Below are positions 12,032-26,125 of a DNA stretch of 64,000 nt, piece after piece. The notes beneath the pieces are model-generated. The model was given only the letters and a program-made list of their open reading frames with translations, made no database searches and had not been told where the DNA came from. The stretch comes from Gnetum montanum (lineage: Eukaryota; Plantae; Gnetophyta): assembly GCA_015680685.1 (NCBI GenBank), contig MNCI01000651.1, positions 62,001-126,000 of the forward strand. The letters run 5' to 3'. How positions within the stretch are numbered: the stretch's first letter is position 1; every line of letters starts with the position of its first letter. Position numbers and translations under genes: made by a program.

Positions 12032-13196
12032 TGAAACACCACAAAATTCGGAGCTTAGTACTCGTCCGACACCAAACAGGACCCCGGAACTCACGAATGA
12101 CGTCGGCTGCATGATCGCAACACTTAATTTTTGCTAAGTACATGGTGCCAGTGTATACACTCCAGCGTATATGCCAAGATCACACATACAACATATACGC
12201 CCAGCACTCCAGTGTATACGCTTGGCTCTCTGACGTACACGCCCAGGTACTGCAGATGCACACGCTCGACGACAGGATCTCCAATGACAGCATGAAGATA
12301 ACACCAAAGAGCAAGGATTGAAGCAAGTGGACATCCTTCAGTGTATGCGCCCGACGTGTATGCCCAGCATCCATCAGCTTATATGCCCGAAGTGTACGCC
12401 CAACATTCACCAGCGTATATGCCCAGCGTATACGCCTAGCAGTTAGCACCGCCACCCAGTTCATGCCTAGCATCTTCAGCATATACGCCGACCTGATGCG
12501 GCGTATACGCCCAGGGTATACACCTAGCAGTTGTAACATTTTGTATATTTGTAAAGTGTATGCACCCAGTCAACACGCCACGTGTCTCCCATCTCGATTC
12601 TAGCGTAACAACCTGTATAAAACCCCCATTTTCCCACTTCATCGAGACGGTTGGCACATCAGAGAACATTTACGCTGCGCAAAAGAGCAGAAAACCTTCT
12701 TACGCTGGGAAGCCCTGCATGCTGTGCATCTAGTCTCTTACGCTCCGCTCGCCCTGCAAACCAATCGGGTCACCTCTGTGTACGTCGGGGCTTTTCGTCT
12801 ACCTTGTGTTCCCACAACTGTGTTAGACCAGTGCACTGTACTCTGACTCTGTAATTCCATCATTTCATTTGCTGCAAGTTCTTTTACATTTTTACGTTAA
12901 TTTGGCCCACGCCTCGTTTACATCTGTTTACGCTCGTGCTTCGTTTGCATCCGTTTACGTTTCACGCTGTTTTTGCTGTTTACGCCTGCACGCCGTTTAC
13001 GCATAACCCAGCATATAGCATTTTGCGTACGCACGGGGAAATCCTTGTTTGATCCGTGTGCGGACCACCCAAGGTACTCTGCCTCCGTTGCATTCCAGCT
13101 CGTCCTCAGGCGAAGGTAGGGTCTTCTGTACCGGTCCTGCGATCCTGCGGCCTCTGTTTTCCCCTCCAGCCGGAGACCGACGATTTCAGGCATACA
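12032..13196 (+). repeat. 3' LTR of element B (TGAAAC...CATACA)
   Basis: Follows PPT AAAGAGGGGCCAA; aligns to 2226-3478. Confidence 0.9.
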
Positions 13197-16101
13197 CTTC
13201 GGCCTCCTTTCCCTTTATTATTCCTTCACAATCCATTCAATTTTCACAACCAACATCTATGATGCCCACATTGCAACTGAAAATAAGCCCTATTTTCATT
13301 ACCTCTTCTATGCCACTACCAACAATAGCTCCAACCTCAACTATGTGGTGGGTAGCAACATCTTTTCCTATTGTCCAGTTGTCACAGATGTCATAGTATA
13401 TGCAGCCCCAAATGTATCAAGCTTCACATATGTTGTAACCAACTACAGGGCTATCAACTGCTCTGGCAATAGGGCAAGTAATAATTCCTGTAGCACCACC
13501 AATGGTAGCCACTTTGGTAGTAGCATCCACAGGGTTGTGGGTCACTCATATGGTGCCACCAATGGGAGCTACTCTAATAGCACCCCCAATGGGATTCGTA
13601 GTTCCACCAACAACACCACAATTATGGCTGCTCCATCAGTACCACTAGCAGTCTAACCAATGCAACCTTCCATAACCCCCTAGGCCTAGCCCAAGCTTTT
13701 CAACTCATTCAAACCCTCACTAATGAAGTCAAGTGGCTTAAAGTTGTTGACTCTGAAATAGTCCATGTAATGGACTTTTATCAAGATGATCCTATTAGCT
13801 CCATCATGCCTCCGCTCACATTTCCTCCTAGGATCCAACTTCCTTAGTTTACAATATACAATGGAGAAGGTGACCCAAATTATCACCTAGTCATGTTCCA
13901 TTCTAAATATTTGTTACTACAACCATGGCTACATATGATCATTCATGTCTTCACCATGTCCTTAACTGGAAAATCTTTAGACTGGTATCGCATGCTTCCT
14001 CGCACTTCTATTTCAATTCTAGAAGAGTTCTTGAGTCAATTTGTAACTTGCTTCAAGTACAACTTGAAGTTAGAAGCCATCTTAGACTAGCTCATGAATG
14101 TCAAACAAGAAGCGTTAGAAACCATCTAGAAATTCATACAACGTTGGAGTGATACCTTAAATGAGATTCGTGAGTTGATTGTTGAAGTCCATCTACTGGT
14201 CATTTTTAAGGGTGTTGTAAATGATTGCATCAAATCCAAGCTATATTATTTAGCACCATGCTCCCTTAGCCAGGCCTTTGCTCAAACAAAGAACATACAA
14301 GATGTGGCTAAGGCTAGCAGAGACCTAGCTTACATAACTTACAAGAACGCACATGCAAAGAAAGATAAAAATAAGGAAAAGCCACCACAACCACTATGGT
14401 GGTTGTGGCAGGTGAAGCTAAAAACAACAACAAATAGGCATCTAAGGCTCTTAAGATCCCAGCCACCACTAGTAAAAGATCGAGCTCCAGTAATGCAAAT
14501 ACCAACCAATATGCAATGTCAACAACCATAATGCAAGCTTCATTGAGGCCAAACATTACTCAAAATACACCCCTTTACTGATTAAGCAGTTAGATCTTCT
14601 AGATCAATTACTTAGTGCTAAGCATATTCAATATAAGCAAATGTCAAAAGATGCCTATAAGCAACACGAAAGGTAATGTGATATCCTTTGAGACCCCTCT
14701 GTAGCTATGCCCAATGAGTCTTAAGTACCCAAAAATTTTGGGTTGGATCAATTTTGCAACTACCACCAATTTTGTGGCCATGACATAGATTATTTCTTAG
14801 CATTGAAAGATAACATTCAATGTATGATTGATCAAGGTAAGCTTCCCTTATAGGTATCACCATAGAGGCCCATCACACCCTTCATAGTTAGGACCCCCCA
14901 ACATGCTAATGTAAAAACTTGGATACCTTTTGTTATAAGGATGCTAAAACATATAGACTCCCCATCTATCCAGAGTTTAGTGGTGGGAACTACATCACAA
15001 CCTTCTCACCCAAGGAGACGTGATGAATGCCTAGAAAATAAGATGACTATGGAATGCATTGCACTAGGCCTTCCTAAGCCCACTCGCTTGTCAGCAGCAC
15101 CTATGGCCTTATGGCCAAAAGTCACCTACATACACATGTGTGTGCAACAATCAATCCCTTAGGCTCAAAAGCCTATAGTTCAACCAAAACCCTTGTCTCC
15201 TCCTCCTTAGGAAATCCATCTTTTAGGACATATAAACAAAAAAAAACCACTAAACACTCAAATAGTGGACAATATTTCCTAGATTTACTCACACATGTCA
15301 AGAAAGATTTAAAATAAAAAAATACAACTTTAAGGTTGTACAATTTAATAATGACTTCTGCGACACATCGTGAGGCTTTTATCCACATGTTGGAATCTAT
15401 TCCTATTAAGGAAGATATGCCAATAGAGGAAATATTCATTCATGTCATCATGCTTCCACCTATGGCTGAAGACCCATGATCAACGCCTTTAACTTTCCAT
15501 GATGAAGCCATTAAAGCTGATCCCCAAGGGGGTTAAGTAACCACTACACCTATGTTTATAACAATTCGTGTAGGTCAATATAGGATTCATAGGATGCATG
15601 TTGATGATGGGGCCACAACTAACATGATTCCATTCCCTAGTGTTGACAAGTTGGGCCTAGTGGACCAAATTAGCCCCACAATAACTTCTTGTTTGAAGTC
15701 ATTCAATGGGGCACACATCATGGTCAAGGGAATCATCACTATTGATTCCATGGTAGGGGATCAATTCCCCACTAGTGTAGAATTCAGTGTGATAGAGGAG
15801 ATTCTTGGGTTGAATTTAATCTTGGGAAGATCGTTGTTAGCCCAATTAAGGATTGTCTCTTCATCAATACACCAAGAGACCCACCTACCCTATGCAAGTG
15901 GAGAGGTGATGATGTTTGGTAACAACATATTCCCTCAGGCTATCAACAATATAGATATAGAGAAAGGGTTGAAGATAGAAGTCTTTGAAGATGCATCACC
16001 TATTTGCAATAAAACCCAATGTTGTTCAGCAAGTGAACCAAGAAAAACTAACAGTTTGCACAAAGAAACTACATGGGTAGAGTTTCCTTTTTCAATGGCA
16101 G
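13197..16101 (+). pseudogene. gag: gag-protease of C
   Basis: YNGEGDPNYHL, FTMSLTGKSLDWY (Retrotrans_gag), FCNYHQFCGHD zinc-knuckle variant, protease MHVDDGATTNMIP and NLILGRSLL. Confidence 0.9.
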
Positions 16102-16292
16102 GTAACAACTAGAAGAGTATCACCTCAAGTTATCCAAGCCCTATGCCTTGACTAACCCACAACCAGTTAGGAAACATTTATGTGATTAGGGCATGTCTCT
16201 AATTTACTCCTTTACTTCTCTTGTCCTTAATAATTTTGTTTGTATAGTTTTAATTTTGTGTTATGTTGACCTTTCAAGTTAGTTATACAACC

Positions 16293-16670
16293 ATGGTCTG
16301 GAATGGCCTTAAACTATCACATGGCCTAGAATGGCCTTAAACTATGACATGGTGCAGAATGACCTTAAACTATCACATGGCCCAAAATGACCTTAAACTA
16401 TCACATGGCCCAAAATAGACTTAAACTATCACATGGCCCACCAAGGCCTAAAATTGGAAACCCACTCTCTATTACAACTAGCCATGACCCAAAATGGCCC
16501 TAAACTAGCCATGACCCAAAATGGCCTTAAACTAGCCATGGCCTAAAATGGCCTTAAAACTAGCTATGGCCTAGAATAGCCTTAAACTATCACACTACTT
16601 GCCAAGGCCTAAAATTGGTGACCCACTTTTTGTTAGAATTACCCATGGCCTAAAATGGCCTTAAACTATA
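16293..16670 (+). repeat. 28-bp tandem array of hairpin-loop motif (TGGCCTTAAAC) at the 5' end of the PR-RT intron of C
   Basis: About 12 copies of ATGGCCTAGAATGGCCTTAAACTATCAC-like units. Confidence 0.85.
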
Positions 16671-16844
16671 GTATGGGGCCTAAGTACATCAACAAAAATT
16701 CCAAGAAAAGGAAATAAAATAAGCATTATACTTTTTATTAAACTGTAAATGAAATACATTGTTCAAAATTATGTCCACATTAAGAGTTGCAATATTTCCC
16801 ACTAATGGGGTTACATTTATCATATTTTAAAGTATTAGTGTATA

Positions 16845-19800
16845 GGCTACAATGTTTCTCCATCACTCTGCCAGGTCCTGCATCCTCATCTAGATCCTAC
16901 ATAAACCAAGGATAAAGTAATAAACTAATGAGTAAGCAAGATAACATATGAGGCTATCATGACATAAATTGTAACAAAGTAAACTTAACTAACCTGAGAT
17001 GGGCCCACATCCATGTTTTATGGTATTCTATCAAGGCTAGATTCCATGTGCCAGAGGATTTCTTCCTCAGTCAAGTTAGCCTAGTCTTCCTCCCCTAAAT
17101 CAATGCATGCTAAGATCTTCCCTTTCTCCACAGCTATCCATGTGGGTGACCCTAGAGAAAAGGTAGTAGAGGTGGCCTCCCTAGAAGGCATGGTCACTTT
17201 CCTCTCCAAGGATTCACTGATCACTAAGTGCTTTGCAAATCTATTATAGGCCTAGGTAGTACCAATCGTGTTAAGGAATAGCTCACGACCTCAATGTTCT
17301 ATAGAATCATCTTTGTACTTTTGGTGGTAAGCAACATGTTCCACTTTGTACATATGCTTATGATTCTTTTGTGCTTTCCCCCATTCATATACCTTAGCAC
17401 TATAATCTTTCCAATCTTGGTTCTTTTCGACCAAGAGACCCATTTGTAGACGTTGTTCGATTACTTCACACGTGGCTTCATTTTTACCCCTTATGGCTGA
17501 CCAATATCTAGAATAATCAATTACAGTCATATGCCAAATACCATATAAGTTATCATGGGCCATTAAGAATTTTTTTCATGATCGCAAGTCTTCCAGTGTA
17601 GCAACTTGACATGCCTTTTATTTTTTGAGTTTCTAAACTCGCTTCTAGAGGTCTTCATTGATGTGCCTACACTCCCATACTGATTGTGCCAAGTGTAGTG
17701 CACATTTTCTCACCTCATCATATATATGATGAGGCACCTCTGTTACTTCTAGAGGGAGCTTAGGCATAGTTTCAACTTCAACCACCTATCTCAGGTCCCA
17801 TTTAAGTCGCAAAGTTCTTATACCAAAAACAAGAAAATGTTAGTCATAAGGTTGTAGCAAAAATGAAACAACATAAAAGGAAAATGAAATAGCCCAAACA
17901 CACCTATTTTATGATCTATTTGCTTTAGATGATGGATCATATCATCTACTACATCTTGCATAAAAGCAAACTTTTCTGGGGTTTTTTCCCATGGTTGTAG
18001 GTGGAAAGTGCATGAAGATTCATGGCCCCTAGTGGAAGTAGCACCTGCTACATGATAAACCATGTTAGCATTATGAAGAAAAGGAGAAAAAGAAAAGGAA
18101 AAAAATAATAGAAAAAAAATAGAAGAGGATTCAAGGAAAGAGTGAAAGTGAAAGCATAACATAAATGGTAGTGCAAAGCTCCAACCCAGAAAATCCTCAG
18201 GGGTGAGAGCGAGGGGATCACCCATCTTCACACTATCAAACAAACCATCTACCTCACCATCCTCGAAATGCAGCCCCTCTTCTTTGAGTTTCTTTAGGAG
18301 TGTAGTGGCATCCTCGATTATCATGTGTTCCTCAAGTTGCACAACACTGTTTGCAAAAAGCTTCTTTTATACTGAGGCTTCCTCTTCTATAGTAGGGGCT
18401 TCTTCTTCTGCAGCAAGAGCCTCCTCTACAGTAGAAGAGACCTCTTCCTCATCTACCATTCATAAGCTGGGGTTAGAGCATTGGTCCAACATATATATAA
18501 AAAGAAAAATATGAAAAGAAGCAATGAATAGGTTAGCTGAAGCATATGCACCGACAAACTCAGACCATACATTGTGGACTCTAATGCGTAGCCTCTTATC
18601 CTTTTCTTCGATCATGCATGAGGGTTCTTCTATAGGAAGAGGCTTTTTAATTTGCAATTTTTATTTTACCATATTAGAAATGAAATGTGCCCTCCTCATT
18701 GTATTTCCTATGTTGGTGGGGGAAGCCTCTCCAAGGTTGTCATGTGCACTAAAGGATGGCCCTGCCCGATCCTTGGTCATCATTGAACAACATTTTCCAA
18801 TAGCTTCTAGAGGATCCTGAGACTAAGTTGTGTTGAATATGTGGTGGATCCATGGCTTGGATATTTGGGTTTGATATTGTACCACCCATTTCCTATTCTC
18901 CTAAACCATCAAAAATTCTATAAAACTATGCAAACATGATATAAAAAATGCAAAGTGTGCATCAAAACTTGCCTCCAGTTTGTTACGTAGCTTGATCATC
19001 TTAGTTCATAAGCCTTCTACAAGATATTTATCCTAGTTGTATCATGTACCCTCCTCCATTACATCTCTCATGATCCAAGCCTACTCTACCCCAAGAACTT
19101 TTCCTTGCAAAAGTAGCTTGGGAAAAGCGTGAGCCTAGAAGATAGGGTAAATATCTTTGGCCACCTCCAATTTAAATTTTTTCATATAAATGCCCTTGTG
19201 ATTCTTATCGATGCCTACCCATTCTTTTATGTCTCCTTGGTGGTTTAGATCCTTGTTAATTATTTTTATCATAGGTAAACCATCAGATTTGACATAGAAG
19301 AGATCTAAAAAGAGATCATCAGTGATCTCAAAGATCACCCACATGTTGTAAATGCGTGTGTGAAAAGAGGTCGATAAGCCCAGTCTCTTAAATATTTTGG
19401 ACAATTGCTGATGGTGCCTCATTGCATAACCAACACTATGACTCATCTACCTCGTAATATTTAAAAAGGAGGTTAGCCTTAATGTGCCTTGAGATAATCA
19501 CTATGATTTCCTTGGACTTGGTTACTGTTGCAGTAAACAAAAATAGAATTAGCCATGTAGTGGGCAAGTAAAAATAAAAATTCATGAAAATAAACAAACA
19601 ATAGAACTCACCTAGCATGAATGGTGTGGGGAATGGTGGTACTTATACTAGTACTTCTTCCATAGTGGGTATCTGACAGGATGCCTATTCACCATCTAAC
19701 CATCCAAGCTCTTGACACTTCATGTAGGACTTGGAGTACTTGGTTGGATAGGTTCTTAAATCTACCCCAAGTTGCTCTATAATACTTGCATGAATGTTCT

Positions 19801-21500
19801 CAACATAGGAGAACTCTTGTAGGGTTGTTTGAGCCAGGGCTAACAGCCCTTCCCTATCATGCAGATTGTCTTTATCAATTAAGAATCTGGCAATAGAAAA
19901 AATGTAATAAGCACCCCAAGTCATGCAAAAAAAATAAATTAAAATTTCTATTATCCTAATAGGACTCACCCTTCAGCATAGTAGATAGTTCCAGGTGGGT
20001 TTTGGAAGGATATGCCCATATGGCGAGCAATGAACAAAGTGCTGTTTTTGTGGTAGCATCTAAATTCTAGAATTTCCCAGATCCAAGAAAAGGGTCTTAC
20101 ATCTTTAGGGGGTTGACTCAAACCCTTTTCCCATTTTCCCTTAGCAAATCCATTTTTCATGAATTTTAAAATACCTCAATTTATCCCAAAAAATAATGTC
20201 TCAATTTGGAAACCCCCTACTTTAGCAGACAAGTGTGAACACATCATTACGCTAAAATGACAAAGCAAGAATTCCAAGAATTCTTATGCACCCTCTCAAA
20301 ACCAGACCTCCTAGTTCCCTACTTTCACATGTGTTGCAGGGACATTGGGCATAGTGACACTTATTTAGCATAGGATCTCTACAAGCTCAACCACAATTAG
20401 GATTAGTTTTAGCATAACCCTGCATTTCATAATAAAAACGTCAGTGCATAATAAGGGAAATAAAACAACAAAAATAGTGGACAAATTATGCAAAAAAAAA
20501 TTGAAAATTTTTCTATTTGTTGGTTATGCTCCTATAGAGAATAACAATTTTTTATGTAAAATTTCTCTAAGTGTTAGTTACACTCTTGTAGAGCATAACG
20601 ATTTTCTATGAGAATCTTTTCTAAGCATTCGTCATGCTCCCATGGAGCATAAAAATTGTAGGATGAGTAGTCAAATGAAATTTTTCTAAGTGTTCATCAC
20701 GCCACTATGGCATCCTACATAGCATAGCAATTGCTTCTTGTGCAACATAGCAAGTGTAGCATAGCAACTGTACCACGTAGTGTAGCAATTGTACTTAACC
20801 AAAAAATGAATGAATTCTAAGCCATGTTCTTAGGGAGCATAGTAATGGAAGCATGCAAACATTTTTCAACTTGCTAGCTATGTTATCAGGGATGCCGCAA
20901 AGCCTGAGAGTTGACATAGAACACCTGGGAAACCCTTACCCTATTCCACCACATGGAACACACAAGAAACTCGTCACATAGCATGGAACATGAAGTACCA
21001 AAATCCTCCCCCACCCCCCACATGTTACACTATATAGGATGCGTAAAACACCCATTTTGTACCACTGTGTTGGATGCAACAGAATCCTTGTTTTACCTCA
21101 CCCTACCTAGCACCCAGAGGCCTATGATGAAACCCTTACCATGGCCATGGCTTAGAATGCCATCAAAAACAGGGGAGGGGTGTGGAAATGGTGCATGCAT
21201 TAGTCCCAGCCACGGTGGCCATAGCATAATGACCATGGCAAGAGTGGTTGTAGTAGCAACAATAGCCATGGCATGTCGGCCACAATGGGAGTGGTGAAAA
21301 CAACAACCCCTGCTCAAGGAAGGTTGCCTCCAAAACCCCAAGGGATAGCACGACCAAAAAAATGATGAAATGACTAAGGAAACATAATGGCCTACCTGGT
21401 AAATGGTGCCTCGTAACGCTCTTCAACACGTGCTCTAGAGAGACGTCATAAGGTGCACTTGCCTTCATCCACATTGGCAAGGCCCAGGTATCTATGCTCA
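16845..21500 (-). pseudogene. Multi-exon antisense accessory gene of C (NIF-like, Transposase_32-like, acidic tract, coiled coil)
   Basis: Exons 20419-19970 (VWF*EGA*EFLEFLL; NSTLFIARH..FQNPPGTIY), 19886-19612, 19524-18552 and further exons to ~16850; intron phases match B; minus-strand TATAAATA at 21645-21652 and AATAAA near 16735. Confidence 0.7.
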
Positions 21501-22201
21501 CTTCTTGATGTCATTGTTTCGTTGTCAAGCTCTAGCTTGTTGGTTGTCATGCTCTATAAATGCTACACTTTGCTTTGAACTACACTACACTCTAGACTAT
21601 TAGCTCTAATAGTGAAAATGATAGGTTTACCATGGGTGAACCCCTATTTATACCCTCTAGGGTTACATAACATGTTACTTTTCTAGGATTTCTTACATCT
21701 TGCATGTAATGCAGGATGCTCTGGGTCCCATGCATAACACAAGATTCTCTATGTCCCACACATACTGCAAGATGCTTTGTGTCCTGCATGTAACACAGAA
21801 TGCTCTATGTCCTACATGTAACATAGAACATCCCATGTACCATGCAGAGTAACACAAAAATTTTCTCCAAAAAAATTATTACATTTTAATATTTTTTATA
21901 TTTTTTGTACCTGTCCAATGCACATTTAGCTCAACCCCACACTCCAAGCCTTTCGAGATTAGCTTAAGCCTTACACTTTATGCATAGTCACGGTTTGCTA
22001 AGATCTTAAACTAGAAATTTTAAAATACTACTTTACACTTTACGCATAGGCACAGTCCACTAATACCTTAAACTAGCAATTTTCAAATACTTCATAGTTA
22101 CTTTTTATAGCACTATTTTTCTCATTTTAACACTTTGCTTCATTTTACCTTATCAGATAGGTATCACTTGATGTTTTTTTGTTTGTTGATTATTTTGTAA
22201 G

Positions 22202-25200
22202 ATCATTTGGGGAAAATGAGCGCACACAAGAATCTTCATTTGCCTTTAACCTTGACTAGACCTCATGGCAAACTCATGAAACACATGAACATAAAGCTTT
22301 TGGACTTTGAAACACCTCCTTGTGACACCAATGTAGCATCCTTAGAAGCATCACTAGACTGGCTAGAACATCTGGTCCAAGCTTTAGATTTAGAAGCTAG
22401 TGATGTAACTGAAGATACACTCATAGAAATCCCTGTAACAACATGTAAAGGTGAGGTGAGAACTTTGAATCTTAGCCCTTTATTGGAGCCACAAATCTAG
22501 TAGAACATATCTAGAGTCCTTAATGATAATGTTAAGGTGTTTGTGTAGTCTTATGAAGATATGCTAGGTTTAGATCCATGCATAATACAACACAACATTA
22601 TCTTAGATCCACGTGTCAAGCCAATCAAACAAAAAGCTTGAAAAATTAAGCTAGAAATTGCATTAGCCATCCATGATGAAATTACTAAACTCTACCAAGC
22701 TAGGTTCATCTAGGTAGTTGATTATGCAGATTGGGTATCAAACATCATGGTTGTCCTCAAGAAAACTGGGGGTATATGCATTTGCATAGACTTCCAAACT
22801 TGAATAAGGCAACTATCAAAGATGATTTCCCATTGCCTAGTATTGACCAACTTGTCGATATTACAGCTAGCCATGCCTTGTTATTTTTTATGGATGGGTT
22901 CTTGGGGTATAATCAAATTCATATAAACCTGGAGCATCAACATGCTACTACTTTCATGACCCCTTGGGGGACATTTTTCTATACAATGATGCCCTTTGGA
23001 CTAAAAAATGCTGGAGCAACATACCAACGTGTGATGACCTACATATTTAGTGACTATCTTCTATAATGACTAAATGACTATGTTGATGATATAGTGGTTA
23101 AGTTCAAAAAAGCTCAGGACCACACAAATGAATTGAACTTGGTCCTTCAACATTATTGTAGGCATGACCTTCACTTGAACACCAAAATGTGTGTCATTGG
23201 TGTTAAAACTAGTTTCATGGTAGGCTTTGTAGTATCAAAATTAGGAATATGTGTACATCCTAATAAGGTCAAGGCTATTATCAATTTAGTGCCACTAGAA
23301 AACCTTAAAGAGCTATGCAGACTATAGGGTAGAATACAATTTATAGATAGATTTATTTCTAGGTTGACTGATAAGTTACACCCAATGCAACACATACTCA
23401 AAAAAGGTGTCAACTTTGAATAGACAAATCAATGCTAAGAAGCATTTTACAACCTAAAAAAGGAGTTGGTTCATCTTCCAACTGTCTACCCTACACAAAG
23501 AGACAAGCCTTTCTACATCTACCTTACAACCTCGAACACGTCCATTGCTTCTCTCCTTTGTTAAAAGAGAGACGATGGTTCTAAAATTCCTATTTACTAC
23601 CTAATTCATGCACTAATAGCTCATGAGGAAAAATACAATGATGTGGAACAAAATTGTCTTACCTTAGTCTTTGCACTTAAGAAATGGAGACACTACCTCT
23701 TACATAGTTAGGTTAACATCATTTGCAAAAGTAACATACTCATAGCCATTACAACCAACATATATGAAAGTAATAATTAGCTATATGGAAAACAATAACT
23801 GCAGAGTTTGACCTACACTACGTAGCACAGACATCCATAAAGGATCAAGCAATAACCACATAACTTACGACTTCACCTATAGATGCTCAGGCAACTGTAG
23901 ATCCAACATTCCTAGACGAGAATGTTAATAGTATAAGCTTGGTACCTATAGACTTTCAGGAAATTTTACACTTTAACGGTGCTTCAACCATGCAAGGCAA
24001 TAGTGCCACTGCCATTATCACATTTCCCTCTAGAGAGATCTAACCTTTTGTGTACCACTTTGCGTTTCTCTATACCAATAATGTCGTAGAATACAAAGGT
24101 CTCCTTAGAGGCATTATAGTGGCTTAGGAGTTAGGCATTCAAAACATAACAATCTGAGGTGATTCATAGCTACTCATTAACCAAGTCATAGAGGTCTATG
24201 ACTATAAAGCACAACACTTGCAACATTACTATAATTTGGCAAAATACTTACTAAAACAATTTGCAACCTTAGATGTTCAACACATTCCCCGCAACAAAAA
24301 TGCTATAGTTGATGCATTGGCCACTTTAGCTTTGAGTGTATCACCAAATATGTTTTCTACCTTACCTGATTCAATAATAGAATGTACTGACCCTATCATT
24401 CATACAACAAGTATCACATCTATAAGTGCAGCCCACACTCAAGAATGTTATGATGATATCAAAGCATACCTTCAACATGATGAGCCTCCACAAACTTTGA
24501 CATCTGCCCAAAAATATGCAGTACAAAAACAAGCATAATAGTATGTCCTTATAGGTGATGATGCTTTATGTCATAGATCTTATGATGGGATACTGTTAAC
24601 TTGCATTAGTAGTAATGAAGCACAAAAGATCGTGGAGCAAGTTCATGAGGGACTATGTGGAGGGCATATAGCTCCCAGGGCAATGGTGGCAAAAATTAGA
24701 TGTCTAGGCTACTATTGGCCTTATATGGAACATGATTACATTTCCAAGGATAGAACATGTGACATATGCCAACGTCATGGGAATCTAATACATGTATCAC
24801 CTATGGAGTTGCACACTACATAAATCACGTGGCCATTTCAATGTTGGGGAGTAGACATCATAGGACCTATAATGCCTAAGTCTTCCATAGGATGTAGCTT
24901 CATTATTATCACAACTGAGTATTTCACAAATTGGGTAGAAGCTATTCCCTTTCAAAAGACAACATTTCAATAGGTTTGCAAATTCATTCTGTACAATATA
25001 GTGACCCAATTTTGTCTCCCTATGACTATAGTTATAGATAATGGCCCACAATTTAGTAGTGCAGAAACCAAATCTTTCTATGAAAACCTTGGTATTAAAC
25101 ACTCCTTTTTATCACCATATTATCCTTGAATGAATGGCCAAGCAAAGTCCACTATTAAGGCCATCATCAACCTTCTAGAAAATATGCTTAGCAATAGTAA

Positions 25201-25687
25201 GTGATGATGGCACGAACAACTAGTCTATGCACTTTGGGCCTACCACACAACATGCAGAACTACAATAGGTAAAACACCATATAGTCTTGTATATAGATCT
25301 AAAGTACTATTTCCTTTTGAATTGTAGGTCTAGTCACTTCACATGATCCTCTTGAATTTTATGGATGAGGCTTAGAACAATAAGTCAAAAATTGTTGACC
25401 TTGACTCTACGAAGGAAAAGCACATCCAAATGCTTAGTCATATCGAGTGGTATCAAGATAAACAATGACAAAAGCACCACCACAATATGCACCAATGTTC
25501 AATGAAGAAAGAAGATCTTAACCTCAAGGCCATTTGTGAATATACAAATAAGTTCTCAGCCAACTAGGAAGGGACCTTTTTGGTCACTAAGGTGTTTGAA
25601 AATGGAGCCTTCGAGCTTGCTGATTTAGATGGCAAAGAGTTCACCAACCCTATCAACCACTTATACCTGAAGTTGTATTACACTTAA
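22202..25687 (+). pseudogene. pol: pol of C (RT-RH-aRH-INT), many stops and frameshifts
   Basis: FMDGFLGYNQI, MPFGLKNAGATYQ, HEGLCGGH, DNGPQF; colinear with pol of B. Confidence 0.93.
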
Positions 25688-25728
25688 CATGAAATGTCAT
25701 GTCAACAATGATAGCAAGGTAAGCAAAA

Positions 25729-26125
25729 CATCTGCTATGATGTTAAACTAGCACAGAACATCCACTATGACATTAAACTGGCATAGAGCATCTGCTATGA
25801 TGTTAAATTAGCATAGATCATCCGCTATGATATTAAACTGGCATAGAATGTCCTTGGGCTATGACATGAAACTGGCACCCACAACATGATCCGTGATGAC
25901 CTTAAACTAGCTAGCCACCATCTGCTACAATGTTAAATTAGCATAGCGATCTACTAAGACCTTAAACTAACATAACATGGTCCACCCAAACCTTAAACTA
26001 GGATCATGGTTTGCTAAGACCATAAAATAGCATAGCATGGTTTTCCTGGACCTTAAACTAGGATCACAGTCTACTGAAAGCTTAAACCAGCACAACCAAT
26101 GGTCTACCAAGACCTAAAACTAGGT
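25729..26125 (+). repeat. Hairpin tandem array in 3'UTR of C
   Basis: TGCTA-TGATGTTAAAC-TAGCA, CTG-AAAGCTTAAAC-CAG and related units, about 13 in total. Confidence 0.85.

Larger units (their letters stand above)
3479..13196 (+). mobile_element. Tat/Ogre-like element B (3' part of PR-RT intron, pol, UTR, 3' LTR), inserted in gag of element C
   Basis: Antisense gene, RT-RH-aRH-INT, hairpin array, PPT, LTR; gag-type sequence of C follows the LTR. Confidence 0.9.

Noticed and set aside
2226-13196. One intact element bounded by the LTRs at 2226 and 12032
   Set aside because: Both LTRs follow a PPT, no PBS or gag follows the first, and the junction at 3479 cuts a coding exon; these are two 3' LTRs of nested copies
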